A stretch of 63,051 nucleotides of DNA, counting the filler, from Intoshia linei (taxonomy: Eukaryota; Animalia; Orthonectida), in the NCBI GenBank assembly GCA_001642005.1. It is 8 parts of 8 records of this genome, joined end to end, with 100 filler letters (N's around TTAATTAATTAA, not from the genome) between each part and the next. Parts side by side here need not be neighbours in the genome. Positions count along the whole stretch, not along the records: positions 59,251 to 63,051 come from LWCA01002021.1; 7 more parts are not named here. The stretch is one strand, 5' to 3'. The notes under the pieces were generated by a model. The model saw nothing but the letters and a program-made list of their open reading frames with translations. It did not search any database and had not been told where the DNA came from. Position 1 is the first letter of the stretch; each line of letters begins with the position of its first letter. Position numbers and translations under genes: made by a program. Shown here in pieces: positions 62,089-63,051 of the stretch.

Positions 62089-63051
62089 AAATATAATTCT
62101 TTGATGCAAAATTTATTTGTCAAAATTATAACAAATTTTTTTAAATTTATTGATATAAATCGCAAATATGAAATATTTATTTGGACCACCTGATAAAATA
62201 TATAACTAATGGCCGTTAAAACAAACAAGCGTATTATGTCAAAAATACCAATCTTCTTAGATGTCTTTAAAATTGACATGGTTCAGTATTTTTGATTTTA
62301 AATTTTGATAATTTTAATTAACTTATATTTAAATTTGGGTATAATTTACTGGTCACCAAATTTTGGCAATTGGAACAACGCTCTTCAAGCTTTTTGTCTT
62401 ACGTTAGTTAAAAAAATACATTCATATTTGTAGTTAAAGTTTTACTAACACGTCATCTGTTCATATTATTTTTAAATTTGATGAATTAGGATCTAATAAA
62501 TTTTGTTATCATTTTATAATTTTGCCTCAATTCAAATTTTTGAAACGAAAAAAGTAAAAAATCCCTCTTTCAAAATATTCATCTCCCTATAATATAAATA
62601 ATTGGCTTTAGAATATAAATTATTTCTTCTGCAATTTTGATATATTCATAAGACCTTCTCGAGTTTTAGTTTTGAGTTTTAATTCTCAAAGAGCTAGTTG
62701 AATGGGATCTATTAATCTCACCAATCTGGAAATTATAATTGAAAAACTGTTAAATCGCATTCGACAATTCAATTTGAGCTTTAAGTTAAACTTTAACGGT
62801 TATTTTCTAACATGTAATATGATTGGAATAAGTTATTTTATATAGACGACCATTTAAAGATTTTCACGATTTCTCTAATAAATATAATGGTTATAACATA
62901 ATTGAACCGCCGACTTAAATCTTACAAATTTAATCATAAGTCTAGCATTATTGCCTTATTATAAGTTAGTTAAATTACTTTAATGACTTAAAATTTATGT
63001 TTAAATAAAATTAAAGGCTTATACCATAATACTAATTTTAATTTAATTTAT

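Noticed and set aside
62089-62279. Hydrophobic N-terminal extension of CPOX in ORF 61941-62279
   Set aside because: An acceptor TAG precedes ENTGGSLSC and the upstream stretch lacks CPOX similarity, so it is probably intronic read-through. The true N-terminus is unresolved.
1-63051. Genome-wide UGA=Trp reassignment
   Set aside because: Conserved Trp codons checked in host genes (CPOX YWW, RANBP9 PGWD, STX18 LDWY) are TGG, and RBM24 terminates at TGA. In-frame TGAs occur only in dead transposases.

Overview
Very AT-rich (roughly 25% GC by eye) eukaryotic scaffold. The gene content is animal. Most spliceosomal introns are about 35-50 nt, and a few are expanded to kilobases by transposons. This architecture resembles a compact parasitic invertebrate such as the orthonectid Intoshia (inference, unverified). 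Seven 100-bp assembly spacers (N44-TTAATTAATTAA-N44) break contiguity. Hand-spliced host genes: Tuba/DNMBP-like SH3-DH-BAR RhoGEF (-), a secreted ShKT peptide (+), the IQCK 3' end (+), tRNA-Trp (+), a C2H2 zinc-finger protein (+), RBM24/38 (+), an orphan 460-aa hydrophobic protein (-), a possible divergent cadherin-like gene (-), RANBP9/10 (-), syntaxin-18 (+), a talin-head (F0-F3) FERM protein with no visible rod (-), the LCAT/PLA2G15 N-terminus (-) and a divergent CPOX (-). Intergenic and intronic DNA is full of DNA-transposon debris: many hAT MITEs with readable 8-bp TSDs (often nested), a non-autonomous Helitron family, pogo/Tigger, Tc1 DD35E and DD37E (TRT), Ginger2, Harbinger/ISL2EU and an intron-containing hAT19/CGGBP-like transposase. 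I found no clear multi-gene novel system. The best leads are (1) a tRNA-Trp(CCA) with an unpaired 27:43 position, giving the 4-bp anticodon stem known elsewhere to promote UGA decoding, (2) the rod-less talin head gene, (3) an intron inside the hAT transposase catalytic motif, (4) a GC-rich intronic rod hairpin, (5) the ShKT peptide and (6) the divergent, apparently incomplete CPOX. All splice models and family calls were made by eye, with no database search.
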